This document shows, piece by piece, positions 8,791 to 19,805 of a stretch of DNA of 64,000 nt. The stretch is from the NCBI GenBank assembly GCA_963674735.2, contig CAXXQS010000002.1:1536001-1600000 (forward strand). Direction: 5' to 3'. Under the pieces are notes generated by a model, which searched no databases, was not told where the DNA came from, and worked only from the letters and a program-made list of their open reading frames with translations. A program made the translations under genes and the position numbers. This DNA is from Myxococcota bacterium. Its GTDB lineage: Bacteria > Myxococcota_A > SURF-8. Numbering within the stretch: the stretch's first letter is position 1; every line of letters begins with the position of its first letter.

Positions 8791-10548
8791 ATGCAGACAA
8801 AGGGCAGGCAAAGGCAGGTGTCGTTACGCCAAATGCTCGCATTCTGGCTGGGAGTGATGATCATCTTGCCGGTGCTTCCACTGGCAATCTTCTCATGGCA
8901 AGGGTATCGAACCGAGACGCAGCAGTTGGAGGATCAACTTCAGGAAACAAATCGGCAGTTTACGGTTCTTGCCACTGCGTTGTTGAATAGTACGCTTCAA
9001 GAAGTAGCCCGGTATCTGGAAAACGGTGAATTGAAGCGGGATCAAATTTCTGAATCCCCATTCGATTATAGTGAGTTAGTCTCCTCAAACGGAAAAATTG
9101 TTGAATCGAATATTTCCCCACAGCGTATCGGTAAGTGGATGTCTGATGGATTGCATTGGACCACCATCAGACGGCCCGGCGGCCACTCTTTTGACGTCTC
9201 GGAGGTAACTTACATCCCACAAATAGGAGAACGGCGGGTTCTCGTTCGTGCTCGTGTATTGACCCAACCTGAGCGCTATCATATCGGCTATCTCGATCCT
9301 ATTTATTTACACAATCATCTGACCTCACGTTTCGATTCATTGATTAACAGGCATATCTATGCAGTCGGCAGAAGCGGCTTCCCCATTTTCTACAGCCAGC
9401 CAGAACTTGCCAATCAACCCGAATTGTTCGTTCAGAATAAACCGGTGATGTTGTTTATGGAAGGCAAAGCTGGACCTGTAAAATACATAAGTTCCATCTC
9501 CAACCGCGCCCGAATCGGGTATGTATCAGAGATGTCAGAAACCGGATGGGGTATTGTGGTCAGCGCGGATATTGTGGACAGCATGATTAATATCCGGGAC
9601 CGCTTCGTCTGGCTGGTGTTCGCCGTTCTGCTTACCGGTGCTATCGCTCTGCTGACATTCTTTCTATTCAGCTACCGCCTGGTTTTCCCCCTGTCCGAAT
9701 TGACTCGCGATATTCGCAGCAGAGATCGGAATCTCTACTCGCCGGTCGTTCCTCCTGCTTCGATTCGGCGCATACGTGAATTGTCCCAACTTGTTGAAGA
9801 TCTCAACGTTTACATCGATCATTGCATTGCTGCGGAGAAGAAGACGATCCAGGCTGAAAAGCTTACAACTCTGGGAGAATTAACCACGGGCTTGGCTCAC
9901 GAACTTGGAACGCCCTTGAATGTTATGCGAGGTAGCGCACAATTGGTGAAGAGGAAATATCCCGATGATCAGGCGAGCCAGCGCACACTGGATCGGATCA
10001 TCAATCAAACCGAACGCATAACCGATCTCATTCGCAGCCTGTTGGATATAGCCAGGCTCGAACAGGTCAGATGCGAAAGACTCGATCTGAGCAAGTTGTT
10101 CGTGAGAACCTGGGAAACGGTCTCGGTAATGTACCCGATGGTCCATCATGAGTTTCATTTTCCTGAATCGGACGTAACTATTTTTGTTCGTCGGCGGGCG
10201 ATGGAACATGCCTTGCTGAACCTGTTTATCAATGCTTGCCAGGCGATGAATGGTGAAGGAAATATCACCGTTCGTATCATGAGCGCTGAAAACAACAACG
10301 TTGATAAATGGGTCATCGCGATAGAAGACACGGGACCAGGAATCGATTCACAACATATTGAGCATATCTTTAAACCTTTTTACAGCACGAAAAATGCCGG
10401 CCAGGGTTCCGGACTCGGACTGGCGCTGGTGGAACGCGTAATCCGCGAGCACGATGGGAACATTACCTTAAAGATTGAAGCAGACAGAGGAGCGATTTTT
10501 AAGATAATGCTTCCGATGGGTGAAATGGACAGCACCGAGGAGATGTGA
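8791..10548 (+). CDS. Membrane sensor histidine kinase (Cache-like sensor, NtrB-type)
   Basis: 2 TM; H-box GLAHELGTPL, N-box NLFINA, DTGPGI, FKPFYSTK, GSGLGL. Confidence 0.93.
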   Translation: MQTKGRQRQVSLRQMLAFWLGVMIILPVLPLAIFSWQGYRTETQQLEDQLQETNRQFTVLATALLNSTLQEVARYLENGELKRDQISESPFDYSELVSSNGKIVESNISPQRIGKWMSDGLHWTTIRRPGGHSFDVSEVTYIPQIGERRVLVRARVLTQPERYHIGYLDPIYLHNHLTSRFDSLINRHIYAVGRSGFPIFYSQPELANQPELFVQNKPVMLFMEGKAGPVKYISSISNRARIGYVSEMSETGWGIVVSADIVDSMINIRDRFVWLVFAVLLTGAIALLTFFLFSYRLVFPLSELTRDIRSRDRNLYSPVVPPASIRRIRELSQLVEDLNVYIDHCIAAEKKTIQAEKLTTLGELTTGLAHELGTPLNVMRGSAQLVKRKYPDDQASQRTLDRIINQTERITDLIRSLLDIARLEQVRCERLDLSKLFVRTWETVSVMYPMVHHEFHFPESDVTIFVRRRAMEHALLNLFINACQAMNGEGNITVRIMSAENNNVDKWVIAIEDTGPGIDSQHIEHIFKPFYSTKNAGQGSGLGLALVERVIREHDGNITLKIEADRGAIFKIMLPMGEMDSTEEM

Positions 10549-11933
10549 TGAACATGTCCACCAATGCAAACATACAAATAAGAATATTGGTTGCTGACGA
10601 CGATGCCGACATGCGGGACTTTCTCGTTCAGGCACTCTCGGAGGAAGGATATTCGACCCTATGCGCCAAGGACGGGAATGAAGCGCTTGAATTATTAAAA
10701 GCGGGCAATTTTGACATCGTGCTTACGGATCTCAAGATGCCCGGAGCCACCGGAATGGATGTGCTGCGCTCTGCACAGGCAAATTCACTCCATCAGCCGA
10801 CCATCTTAATGACCGCTTTCGGCACCATTGATTCGGCCGTAGAATCAATGAAACGTGGAGCCTATTCCTACATCACTAAACCTTTCGACCTCGATGATCT
10901 TCTCCACTTGCTTCGAGAATTGGCTGAACAGATCGTTCCGCAAATAGAAATAGAGAATACAACGCTTCGTGATGGCGATGAATCTTCCTTTCCCATTATT
11001 TATCGCAGCCAAGCCTTCAAGTCATTGATGGCAAAAGTGCACACTGTTTCGGACAGTACAGCAAGCGTTCTACTCATGAGCGAAACCGGCACCGGTAAGG
11101 AATTGATCGCAAAGGAAATTCACCGATGCAGCAAGCGCAGTCATGGCGCGTTTGTTCCTGTAAGCGTCAACATGATTTCGGACAGCCTCCTGGAAAGCGA
11201 GTTATTCGGACATAGAAAAGGATCGTTTACCGGAGCGGACCGGGACAAGCCAGGTCTTGTCGAACATGCGGACGGCGGAACTCTTTTCCTCGATGAAATA
11301 GGCGAAATGAATCCAACCGTTCAGGCCAAACTGCTGCGTTTCTTGCAGGATCATTCGTTTAGACGAGTCGGCGATACCCAGGAACGGCGCGTCGATGTTC
11401 GCGTCATCACAGCAACGAACCGGGATCTCCGGGACATGGTGACCAAAGGCGAGTTCAGGGAAGATCTTTTCTACCGACTGGCCGTTATCACGCTTGTAAT
11501 TCCACCGCTCCGAGATAGGCGAGCGGACATTCCGGCACTCGCCTATCATTTCTTGCGAAAGTACAACCGCAATTACAATGCTACTGGTTTCAGACCTGAA
11601 ATTATCGACATGCTGACGGATTACGCTTGGCCAGGCAATGTCCGGCAATTGGAAGGGGCCATCGAACATGCGGTCATTCTTCGAAAGTCCGGTCTGATTC
11701 ATAAGCGAGATTTACCCGAATGGTTTTTGAGGGCAACCGATGGAAACATTGGGGATTCGAGAAAACTTGAAACGGTTGAACGGGAGCACATTCTGCAACT
11801 GCTCCAGGAATGCGATGGCAATCGCAGTCGTACAGCGCGCATCTTAGGTATCAACCGCCGGACCCTGACGCGCAAACTCCAATCGTATGGAATCCAAGAT
11901 GAGAATGGGCTAGATGAGCACGAGAGCGACTGA
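10545..11933 (+). CDS. Sigma54-dependent Fis-family response regulator (NtrC/AtoC-like)
   Basis: Receiver domain, SETGTGKE, ESELFGH..GSFTGA, FLDEIG, WPGNVRQL, C-terminal HTH. Confidence 0.95.
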   Translation: MMNMSTNANIQIRILVADDDADMRDFLVQALSEEGYSTLCAKDGNEALELLKAGNFDIVLTDLKMPGATGMDVLRSAQANSLHQPTILMTAFGTIDSAVESMKRGAYSYITKPFDLDDLLHLLRELAEQIVPQIEIENTTLRDGDESSFPIIYRSQAFKSLMAKVHTVSDSTASVLLMSETGTGKELIAKEIHRCSKRSHGAFVPVSVNMISDSLLESELFGHRKGSFTGADRDKPGLVEHADGGTLFLDEIGEMNPTVQAKLLRFLQDHSFRRVGDTQERRVDVRVITATNRDLRDMVTKGEFREDLFYRLAVITLVIPPLRDRRADIPALAYHFLRKYNRNYNATGFRPEIIDMLTDYAWPGNVRQLEGAIEHAVILRKSGLIHKRDLPEWFLRATDGNIGDSRKLETVEREHILQLLQECDGNRSRTARILGINRRTLTRKLQSYGIQDENGLDEHESD

Positions 11934-12092
11934 CGCCCACCCTGCCGCAACCAGATAATCCTATGTAATATCATATACATATGCGATCTTGCTATGGTGC
12001 CTAGTAAAAACTGGGGCGAAATGCCTCGCCCTGGAGTTCTTCATATTCCCGCCGAACCCTCCTATCTGTTTGTAATTACAAACGTAATTGTT

Positions 12093-12109
12093 TTGGCTCG
12101 CTATTTGCT
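12093..12109 (+). promoter_or_regulatory. Sigma54 -24/-12 promoter
   Basis: TTGGCTCGCTATTTGCT, with GG (12095-96) and GC (12107-08) exactly 10 nt apart. It lies downstream of the bEBP gene, with an AT-rich palindrome just upstream. Confidence 0.7.
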
Positions 12110-12159
12110 CCTACTGTTTCTGTGCGCTGAAACCTCACACTTAAAAAGGAGGAACAGCG

Positions 12160-12375
12160 ATGAGTTTGAATCAAAAAACATTTTCTGGAGGGAGCGAGAA
12201 AGATCAACTCGGAGTTCTTGTGGAGTTTTTGAAAAAAGTTGTCATCTGCTTGGGACTGCTGATTTTGTCCATTGTTATTGTGCTTATGGTCAAATCAGCC
12301 ACGTTGTGGGTTACCCAGAAGATCACTCAGGGTTTTGCGCAAGCGATTCCAGACTTCATTTTTATGAGCTTCTGA
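12160..12375 (+). CDS. Small single-TM hypothetical protein
   Basis: AGGAGG RBS; one hydrophobic helix; first ORF after the sigma54 promoter. Confidence 0.55.
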   Translation: MSLNQKTFSGGSEKDQLGVLVEFLKKVVICLGLLILSIVIVLMVKSATLWVTQKITQGFAQAIPDFIFMSF

Positions 12376-12425
12376 TCGAATCGCCGACATAAGGGGAGTT
12401 CTTATAAAACGTTTAGTGGGAGTGT

Positions 12426-14150
12426 TTGGATATGGGTAATGCCGACAAGAGTCAGGTTTCGAATATTTTACCATCAATGTCACGTGGCTACCTTTTAAAG
12501 CTGCAAAATCGGTTCATCCTTCTACTCGCTCTTTCGTCTCTCATCCCGTTAATCGTCATTGCCTTGGGCGCGGGAGTTATCTATCGCAACATCATTTTCG
12601 ACAAGTCGGTGAACCATCTGCAAAGCAGCATTCAAACGCACGCCAACACGATTGAGTTGTTTCTCGCCGAACGGTTGAAGGTGCTTACATTGATGGCGTC
12701 GGCTTATAGGCTTGAAGACATGCAGAACGCAGGTGAACTGAAACAGTTTTTATCACTACTGAACGATACGTATGAAAACTCATTTACGGACCTTGGTGTA
12801 ATCGACAGCGTAGGTAATCATCTTGCCTACGAAGGCCCCTACGATCTTTTAAAGAGAAATTACAGCAAAGAAGCCTGGTTTGAGCGAACGGTTAAAGAAG
12901 GCACTTTTATCTCCGATATGTTTCTAGGTTTTCGTAACGAACCTCACTTCATTTTGGCCGTTAGAAACGGAGAAGGTCCAGAGTTCTGGATACTGAGAGC
13001 TTCGATAAACTCGGAAGTATTTGAGAGGCTTGTTCGCGCAGGCCGTACGAGTGTAGGAAGTGATTGCTTTCTGGTTGACCATAAAGGGAAATATCAGACC
13101 CATCCCAAAACCAATGAAGCATTGTTGGTAAAAAGCGGAATCACATTTCAACAATATTTTTCCGATATTCGAACCGAAACGATAGTAACCGCCCAAAACA
13201 GAAAGATTTTGCGGACAACGAAATGGATCATCAATAACAAATGGCTTCTTGTCGTCCAGCAAGATGAGAGCGAATTCATGGCCGAAGTCGATAAAGCGGT
13301 TTCCAAAGGCTTTGTCGTTCTCGCTTTCGGCATTCTGATCATCATCGCTACGGCCGTTTTTTCGACTCGCTATCTGGTTAAACTTGTTCGCCTGTCTCTC
13401 GACGAGCGGGATAAAGCGAATCAACAGTTCATGCAGGCCAGCAAGATGGCGGCTATCGGCGAATTGTCAACTGGTCTGGCGCACGAAATAAACAATCCAC
13501 TTGCTGTCATATTATCGGAACAGACGAACATTGGTGACCTGCTCGGCGAAATTGATATTGATGAAGCACACGATCGTGAACTGTCGGATAGTGTCGCACT
13601 TGTCAAGAAGCAGGTGCTTCGATGTCGCTCCATAACACAAAAAATGTTGAAGTTCGGACGTCATGGAACGGCACAATCTGAATGCATTCATCCGGATATC
13701 CATCTTGCCGAGATCGTCGGTCTTTTAAAAAAGCAGGCTACAGTAAACAATGTCGATCTTCAGTTGGACATTGAAAAGGTTTTGCCTGAAATTCAGATTG
13801 ATTCCAGCGAATTCGAACAGATCGTCACCAACCTGATTACGAACGCACTCCAGGCCGTTGGCTCGGATGGCGTCGTCCTGACAAGCGCCGTCATGGAAGG
13901 CGATACCATCCATTTCACCATCGAGGATACGGGACCGGGAATTTCTCCGGAGTATCTGGACAGAATTTTCACACCGTTCTTCACGACAAAACCCGTTGGT
14001 TTGGGCACTGGCCTGGGCCTTTCGGTCTGTTACGGCATTGTAACGCAATGGAACGGCAAGATATGGGCCGAATCTGATTTCGGCAAAGGTGCCATTTTCC
14101 ATCTCACGTTTCCAATAGCTACCAAGGCTGAATCCCGCATCAAGAATTAA
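12426..14150 (+). CDS. Cache-domain sensor histidine kinase
   Basis: 2 TM; [36 protein letters not shown]. Exact start uncertain. Confidence 0.93.
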   Translation: MDMGNADKSQVSNILPSMSRGYLLKLQNRFILLLALSSLIPLIVIALGAGVIYRNIIFDKSVNHLQSSIQTHANTIELFLAERLKVLTLMASAYRLEDMQNAGELKQFLSLLNDTYENSFTDLGVIDSVGNHLAYEGPYDLLKRNYSKEAWFERTVKEGTFISDMFLGFRNEPHFILAVRNGEGPEFWILRASINSEVFERLVRAGRTSVGSDCFLVDHKGKYQTHPKTNEALLVKSGITFQQYFSDIRTETIVTAQNRKILRTTKWIINNKWLLVVQQDESEFMAEVDKAVSKGFVVLAFGILIIIATAVFSTRYLVKLVRLSLDERDKANQQFMQASKMAAIGELSTGLAHEINNPLAVILSEQTNIGDLLGEIDIDEAHDRELSDSVALVKKQVLRCRSITQKMLKFGRHGTAQSECIHPDIHLAEIVGLLKKQATVNNVDLQLDIEKVLPEIQIDSSEFEQIVTNLITNALQAVGSDGVVLTSAVMEGDTIHFTIEDTGPGISPEYLDRIFTPFFTTKPVGLGTGLGLSVCYGIVTQWNGKIWAESDFGKGAIFHLTFPIATKAESRIKN

Positions 14151-14160
14151 GGAGCTTGAT

Positions 14161-15018
14161 ATGATTGAAAATCCTACCGGTATCCGGGTTCTGTTGGTTG
14201 ACGATGAGCTTGATTTTCTAGAAAGCACAGCCAAGGCATTGAGACGACGGGGGTTCGATGTAACCACCGCTTCGAATGGACTTGGCGCATTGCAGATGTG
14301 CAGGTCTGGAAAACTGGATGTAGCGCTTCTGGACGTCAAAATGCCCGACATGGACGGACATCGTTTGTACTATGAACTTCACAAAGAAGTTCCGGATATG
14401 CAAATCATCATGCTGACCGGACACGGCAATCTTCAGAAGGCGTTTGAACTGGGCAAGAACGGCTTGTTTACGTATCTGGCCAAGCCTATCGAAATCGACG
14501 ATCTCGTAAAAGCCCTCACGGATGCACACAATCAGAAGGCTGAAAGCTCTTCATCCGACTGTCGGAAATGGGCTGAATCAGAAGATGCACGTTCTGTCCG
14601 GGTGCTTCTTGTTGATGACGAGGTGGAGTTTCTAAGCTCGATGGAAAAAGTACTTGCCCGACGCGGTATGGAAGTATTTACCGCAGGCAGTGGTCGAAAG
14701 GCACTCGACCTGCTTGCCCAAAAGCGTGTTGATGTTGTGATTGTGGATGTAAAAATGCCAGGCATCGACGGCATGGACCTCCTCAACCAAATCAAACTGG
14801 ACGACCCCGCCATTGAAGTCGTTTTACTGACCGGACACGGCAATGTTTCCCTTGCGGTGCGAGGTATGAAGCAAGGCGCGTTCGATTATCTGACCAAGCC
14901 TCAGGAAACGGATGAATTTGTTCGGATCATTCGAGCCGCTCACAAGAAAAAGAAAGAAACTGAGGTTGAACGCCGAAGTGCGCAGATCAAAAAACTGATT
15001 GAGAAGACCCCCTCCTGA
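14161..15018 (+). CDS. Tandem double-receiver response regulator
   Basis: Two complete receiver domains (VLLVDDE...DVKMP...LTGHG...KP); no output domain. Confidence 0.92.
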   Translation: MIENPTGIRVLLVDDELDFLESTAKALRRRGFDVTTASNGLGALQMCRSGKLDVALLDVKMPDMDGHRLYYELHKEVPDMQIIMLTGHGNLQKAFELGKNGLFTYLAKPIEIDDLVKALTDAHNQKAESSSSDCRKWAESEDARSVRVLLVDDEVEFLSSMEKVLARRGMEVFTAGSGRKALDLLAQKRVDVVIVDVKMPGIDGMDLLNQIKLDDPAIEVVLLTGHGNVSLAVRGMKQGAFDYLTKPQETDEFVRIIRAAHKKKKETEVERRSAQIKKLIEKTPS

Positions 15019-15062
15019 TGTAGGCAAACGCTGGTTCCCCAAACAGATAGAAGGAGCAGAAT

Positions 15063-16919
15063 ATGTTGAAAAGCGGGCCTCAGAAAAAGAAAATAACCGG
15101 CTACGATAAATATGTCGAGCCGAAAAAGCTTGCGATAGCCATCGCAGCTTTCATAATCGTGTTGATGATTCCCATACCAAATTCCATGCTGGATGTCGCT
15201 GTCGAATATACGGCAGGCGAAACCCACGTTCTCGATTTCTTCAGTCAGCAACTGTTCGAGAAGTCCTTTGAGGATTGCGAACAGTGGGAAGCGATGACGG
15301 GCCGTGTTCTTGAACTTAGCATGGTCCAGGGTGCCCTTAGTAAGAAACGGGCGGTGAAAAAGGACGCAAAATGGATTGTGAAGGCCGGTTTTCCAAGCCG
15401 GGATTCGTATGTGGAAAAATACCAAGCGAAAATTTCCGAAATTCCGGATGCCGAGTTCCTCGCGATGATGAAAAGTGCACAGGAATTGCGGCTGGTGAGA
15501 TTGAAATATACCGATCTGAACGATGCAGAGAAGAAAACGGCTGACAGGGCAGCCAGAAATATCAAGGTTGTAGTCGCCATGATGGTTTTCGTAATACTCT
15601 GCTTTCTCACGGAAGCCATGCCACTTCCCGGTGTGGCATTCTGCATCGGCTTAATCCTTGTGTTTGCCGGAATCGTGACTCGCAAGGAAGTGGCATCGAT
15701 GTTCTGGGACGACGCAGTTTGGTTCATTATGGGAAGTCTGATGTTTGCAGCAGCCTTCGTCAAGACAGGGGTTGATAAGCGCGTCTGCCTTATCATATTC
15801 AAGTTTCTCGCCAAGCCGAAAATCAGCGTTATCACCGGCATCATGATTCTGGTCATTTCCCCGGCTGCGGCGTTTATCTCCGATCACGCACTGGCGGCCA
15901 TGTTTCTGCCGATCGGAATGATCCTTTACTCCAACAGCTTGAACAAGAAAATCCCCGTCGATCCGGAATTGGCAAAGATGCTGTTCATTACCATTGCCAT
16001 GGCCTGCAACATCGGAGGATTCGGCTCGCCGTCGGGTGGAGCGCGCAATGTCATCATGATGACCTATCTGGAAGACATGTTCGGCATCAACATCGGTTAC
16101 GGTGAATGGATCGTGTACGCTTTTCCTTTCGTGTTGATTATGATGGTTTTCCTCTGGTTGATGGTCAACTGGCGTTTCAAACCACAGATTCGCGATCTGT
16201 CACCCGCATTGAAGATACTTCGCGAAGACATTTCACGAAGCGGGGGTTGGAACCGAAAACAGATCATCGCCATTGTCATATTTTTGCTGATGCTGTGCGG
16301 CTGGATCACCGAAAAGAGTTTGATTCTGCAACTCACCGGCATTCGGTTGGGTATCGGTGTCATAGCGGTAGCCGGGGCCGTCGCCTACTTGCTGACGGGG
16401 GTGGTCAACTGGCGTGATTACCAGGAGAAGGTGGATTGGGGTGTCGTCTGGCTGTATGCTGGTGCGATCATCTTCGGAAAAATCATGGCGGATTCCGGGG
16501 CGGCCTACTGGATGGCGCGTTCCATCATCGAGATCGTCGAACCATTAGGATTGGCTACCGGCAAGGGTCTGCTCGCTATTGGAGCAATAGTAACTGCGGG
16601 TATGACGCAATTGATGGCGGATGGTCCGGCGGCGGCGTCGGTGGGGCCGATAACGCTAAACATGGCAGCGGTTTCAAATCCCGGCACGGTGATTGTTCCT
16701 TTCATGGCGCTGGCTACGGCAGCGGCCAGTTCGATGGCGTATCTGCTTATTATCGGGACACCACCCAACGCAATCGTCTACGCCAGTGGGCATTTGGAAA
16801 TGAAAGACTATTTCCGGGTCGGTGTTCCCTGTGTACTATTCGGTTTGGTCCTTTTAATTATTTTGTCGGCAACCTATTGGATTTGGGTAGGCTTCCAGGG
16901 CCTTCCGTTGCCACAGTAA
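15063..16919 (+). CDS. DASS/SLC13 family anion transporter
   Basis: LTEAMP, FISDHA, ACNIGGFGSPSGGARN, VDWGVV, IGTPPNAIVY. Confidence 0.92.
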   Translation: MLKSGPQKKKITGYDKYVEPKKLAIAIAAFIIVLMIPIPNSMLDVAVEYTAGETHVLDFFSQQLFEKSFEDCEQWEAMTGRVLELSMVQGALSKKRAVKKDAKWIVKAGFPSRDSYVEKYQAKISEIPDAEFLAMMKSAQELRLVRLKYTDLNDAEKKTADRAARNIKVVVAMMVFVILCFLTEAMPLPGVAFCIGLILVFAGIVTRKEVASMFWDDAVWFIMGSLMFAAAFVKTGVDKRVCLIIFKFLAKPKISVITGIMILVISPAAAFISDHALAAMFLPIGMILYSNSLNKKIPVDPELAKMLFITIAMACNIGGFGSPSGGARNVIMMTYLEDMFGINIGYGEWIVYAFPFVLIMMVFLWLMVNWRFKPQIRDLSPALKILREDISRSGGWNRKQIIAIVIFLLMLCGWITEKSLILQLTGIRLGIGVIAVAGAVAYLLTGVVNWRDYQEKVDWGVVWLYAGAIIFGKIMADSGAAYWMARSIIEIVEPLGLATGKGLLAIGAIVTAGMTQLMADGPAAASVGPITLNMAAVSNPGTVIVPFMALATAAASSMAYLLIIGTPPNAIVYASGHLEMKDYFRVGVPCVLFGLVLLIILSATYWIWVGFQGLPLPQ

Positions 16920-16942
16920 CGAACTCGAACGAGGAGAACACC

Positions 16943-17827
16943 ATGTTGAAGATAAAGATACTACTGATTGACGATGAGAAAGATTTTCGCGAAAGTACGG
17001 TCCGGACCCTGTCGAGGCGTGGCTTCGAAGTGGACGATGTTGGAAGTGGTCAGGAAGGACTCGACTATCTGACGACCGCTACACCGGATCTGATCATTCT
17101 CGACCTGAAAATGGCGGAAATGGACGGCATCACCACATTGAAGAACATCCGCAATGAACACGGCGATCTGCCGGTTATCATCCTGACCGGCCATGGCGAC
17201 TTCGACAGCGCTCTGACGGGTATCAAACTGGAGATTGTCGACTTTCTCCAGAAACCGGTCGATATCGATCACCTCGCCTATAAAATCAGGCATCTTCTGA
17301 ATGCGAAATATGCAAAACCGCTTCTTGAACGGTCAATACCGGACCTGATGGTCGATATCGACAGTTACCGCAAGATCTATATCGACCAGACCATAACGGA
17401 GGCGCTAAGTGAGCTGAGAGACAGCCTTGATTCTCCCGTTTCCGGAAAAATCACCGAAACCGGTCATCGATCTATCCTGGTTTTGGACCGTAGTGAGCAC
17501 ATCGTCGGACTTCTGCGTATGGTCGATGTGCTAGGCATGGCTGTGCCACAATGGATGGTTGGCGATCCTTATCGTTCGTTTTACACCGGCATATTCCTGG
17601 CGCAGTGCAAAGTCCTGGGCGATCGAGTCGTGGGAGATTATATCCACAAGGAGGATCTGATCGCCATCGATGAACAAACATCCTTGATAGAAGCGACCGT
17701 TTTGATGGCCGAAAACAGTCTCATCAATCTGCCAGTCATACGTAACGGACAGATTGTCGGTATTCTTAGGGATAAGGATATATTCCTCGAAATTCTACAT
17801 ATTGCCGTCGATGATTGGACGCCATGA
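16943..17827 (+). CDS. Response regulator receiver fused to a CBS-domain pair
   Basis: ATG 16943 after GAGGAG. Receiver domain, then CBS motifs (HIVGLL, LPVIRNGQIVGILRDKD). Confidence 0.88.
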   Translation: MLKIKILLIDDEKDFRESTVRTLSRRGFEVDDVGSGQEGLDYLTTATPDLIILDLKMAEMDGITTLKNIRNEHGDLPVIILTGHGDFDSALTGIKLEIVDFLQKPVDIDHLAYKIRHLLNAKYAKPLLERSIPDLMVDIDSYRKIYIDQTITEALSELRDSLDSPVSGKITETGHRSILVLDRSEHIVGLLRMVDVLGMAVPQWMVGDPYRSFYTGIFLAQCKVLGDRVVGDYIHKEDLIAIDEQTSLIEATVLMAENSLINLPVIRNGQIVGILRDKDIFLEILHIAVDDWTP

Positions 17828-18207
17828 GAAAGAATATCCTGCTCATGACGGTCGATGAGGAGTGGGAACGTTTCATGACCGATGAACTCGCGAAACGCGG
17901 ATTCCGCTCCATCATGACGTATGGTAAATGTGTAGAGAATATAAACCCCGATTCTGTACTGCTGGACGTTTCGGATTACGACGAAAACATGGACTCGCAG
18001 GTTCGTTTCATCCTCGAAAAATATCCGCTATGCGAGTGGCTTTTGTTTTTTTCCGGACATGCGCGCTGGGGGGATGTCAGCGTTATTTCGCGGAGAGCTT
18101 ACGAGATCGTTTCGAAATCGGCAAACATGGATCGGGTGGCAATATATATCCTCGCGGCATGCATGAAGAAGATACGTGCTGAGGAAAGACTGAAATCCCT
18201 TGAATAA
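17824..18207 (+). CDS. Divergent receiver-like protein
   Basis: ATGA overlap with the previous gene; ILLMTVDEE, PDSVLLDV, FSGH, VSK. Confidence 0.6.
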   Translation: MRKNILLMTVDEEWERFMTDELAKRGFRSIMTYGKCVENINPDSVLLDVSDYDENMDSQVRFILEKYPLCEWLLFFSGHARWGDVSVISRRAYEIVSKSANMDRVAIYILAACMKKIRAEERLKSLE

Positions 18208-18281
18208 AAGAATCTGAAAACCTGAAAAAGCGCTGATGAAATAAGCCTGCATATCGCTCTCGATTGGGGAAGGAGACACGG

Positions 18282-19613
18282 ATGTTTTGGAAACAAGCGG
18301 TTGTCGTAATGGCGATTCTTTTTCATGCTTCGTTTCTTTATGCAAATCCAAACGAGGCGGGAGACATCCCGTCTGGGAAATCCAATACCCGGCTCGACAG
18401 TGCCTCGGTAAAAGCGGAAAGTGGAGGAATTGCCTGGCCTGATAAAATCGGACCTTTCGAATGGGTTAGCAAAGACCGGCAACACTCCTTACGTGTCGGT
18501 TTGGCGGTACAGTTGCTGTTCCGTGTCGACAACAAGGACATGGGAGCGAATACGGACAGGGACAACATCGTATATGCAGAGGCACGGCGAATTCGCCCAA
18601 ACCTTAGAGGCTCATTAATGGATGGGATGTTCGAGTTCTATCTGCACTTGAATACAAGCCCAAACACGCTAGACCTGCTGGATTACTACATCAATTACAA
18701 GCCGCATCCATATGCCCAGATTCGGATTGGTCAATGGAAAATACCGTTCACCCGCTATCGCATTCAGAGCTACAAACGCCTGACGCTTGTGGATTGGGCG
18801 AATACAAGCAAATGTTTCGGGGCCGAGCGCCAAATTGGCCTAGCAGTTCACAGCGGTTTGGAGAACCCACAGAAGATCGATTACGCATTCGGCGTGTTCA
18901 GCGGTACAAATGCCCGTTCCAGTCAGGCATTGGGCATCGCCACGCTTTACGGTGAAGAAATAATCAGTTCGTCGAATCTGGCAAAGCCCGGTCCGAAAAT
19001 GGAATTTCACCCGGAGCTGGCCGCACGCATCGGATACAATCACAATGGTATTGATTTGCGCAGAGATACGGATTTTGAGGGTGGACCATTCCGTTTTCAT
19101 CTGGGAGTCTCGGCTACGTATGACCTTAATGCCGACAAGGAAATCGATTTTACGGCCCGTTTTGCTCCCGAATTTCTTATGAAGGTGCACGGGGTCTCGC
19201 TATCGCTCGTTTACTATGTCGGTTGGGGCGACCGTGTGATGGCAAATGAAATTCCCGAAATCGCCATGATGGGAGGACTGGTTCAGGCAAGCTACGTATT
19301 CATCAAACGGGTGGAATTGGCCGCTCGATATTCAGTGGTCCACGGTATGACCGATTTTCGCAAGGATGCCAGATTGCGGGCCGATGCCATTGTCACCGCT
19401 GCGACAGATCAGACAGAAACGGACGAGTTAACCGACCAATATAAAAAGATGGGAACGGTCATTAAGGAGCATGAGGCCACATTTGGAATCAATATATACT
19501 TAATCGGCGAGTGTCTGAAATGGCAAAATGACATCTCCTATCTGCACTACGAACTTGTAGGGAGGGACAAGAGGGATGTCCGTTTTCGTTCGCAACTGCA
19601 ATTGGCTTTTTAG
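18282..19613 (+). CDS. Outer-membrane porin (OprO/OprP-like anion-selective porin)
   Basis: Signal peptide; RRIRP.LRG, LLDYY, IRIGQWKIPF; C-terminal QLQLAF. Confidence 0.82.
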   Translation: MFWKQAVVVMAILFHASFLYANPNEAGDIPSGKSNTRLDSASVKAESGGIAWPDKIGPFEWVSKDRQHSLRVGLAVQLLFRVDNKDMGANTDRDNIVYAEARRIRPNLRGSLMDGMFEFYLHLNTSPNTLDLLDYYINYKPHPYAQIRIGQWKIPFTRYRIQSYKRLTLVDWANTSKCFGAERQIGLAVHSGLENPQKIDYAFGVFSGTNARSSQALGIATLYGEEIISSSNLAKPGPKMEFHPELAARIGYNHNGIDLRRDTDFEGGPFRFHLGVSATYDLNADKEIDFTARFAPEFLMKVHGVSLSLVYYVGWGDRVMANEIPEIAMMGGLVQASYVFIKRVELAARYSVVHGMTDFRKDARLRADAIVTAATDQTETDELTDQYKKMGTVIKEHEATFGINIYLIGECLKWQNDISYLHYELVGRDKRDVRFRSQLQLAF

Positions 19614-19805
19614 CTTGGATTGAACAGGAAATCAATAATTGGGACTATGAGGGAATACGAGATACAATGGGTGATTCATCATCCGTCTCCTGCTCATTGT
19701 CATCCAGAGGTGACTCGAACTCTTGAGGGTCTAAGTCAAATTCGTTTTCTGTCTGGTCCAAGTCGCCGTCGCCGGACAGGTCCGGAGCGGTCGGCGCACC
19801 ATCGT

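Noticed and set aside
16436-16942. N-terminal extension of the 463-aa ORF
   Set aside because: It overlaps the DASS gene out of frame; the real start is at 16943 with an RBS.
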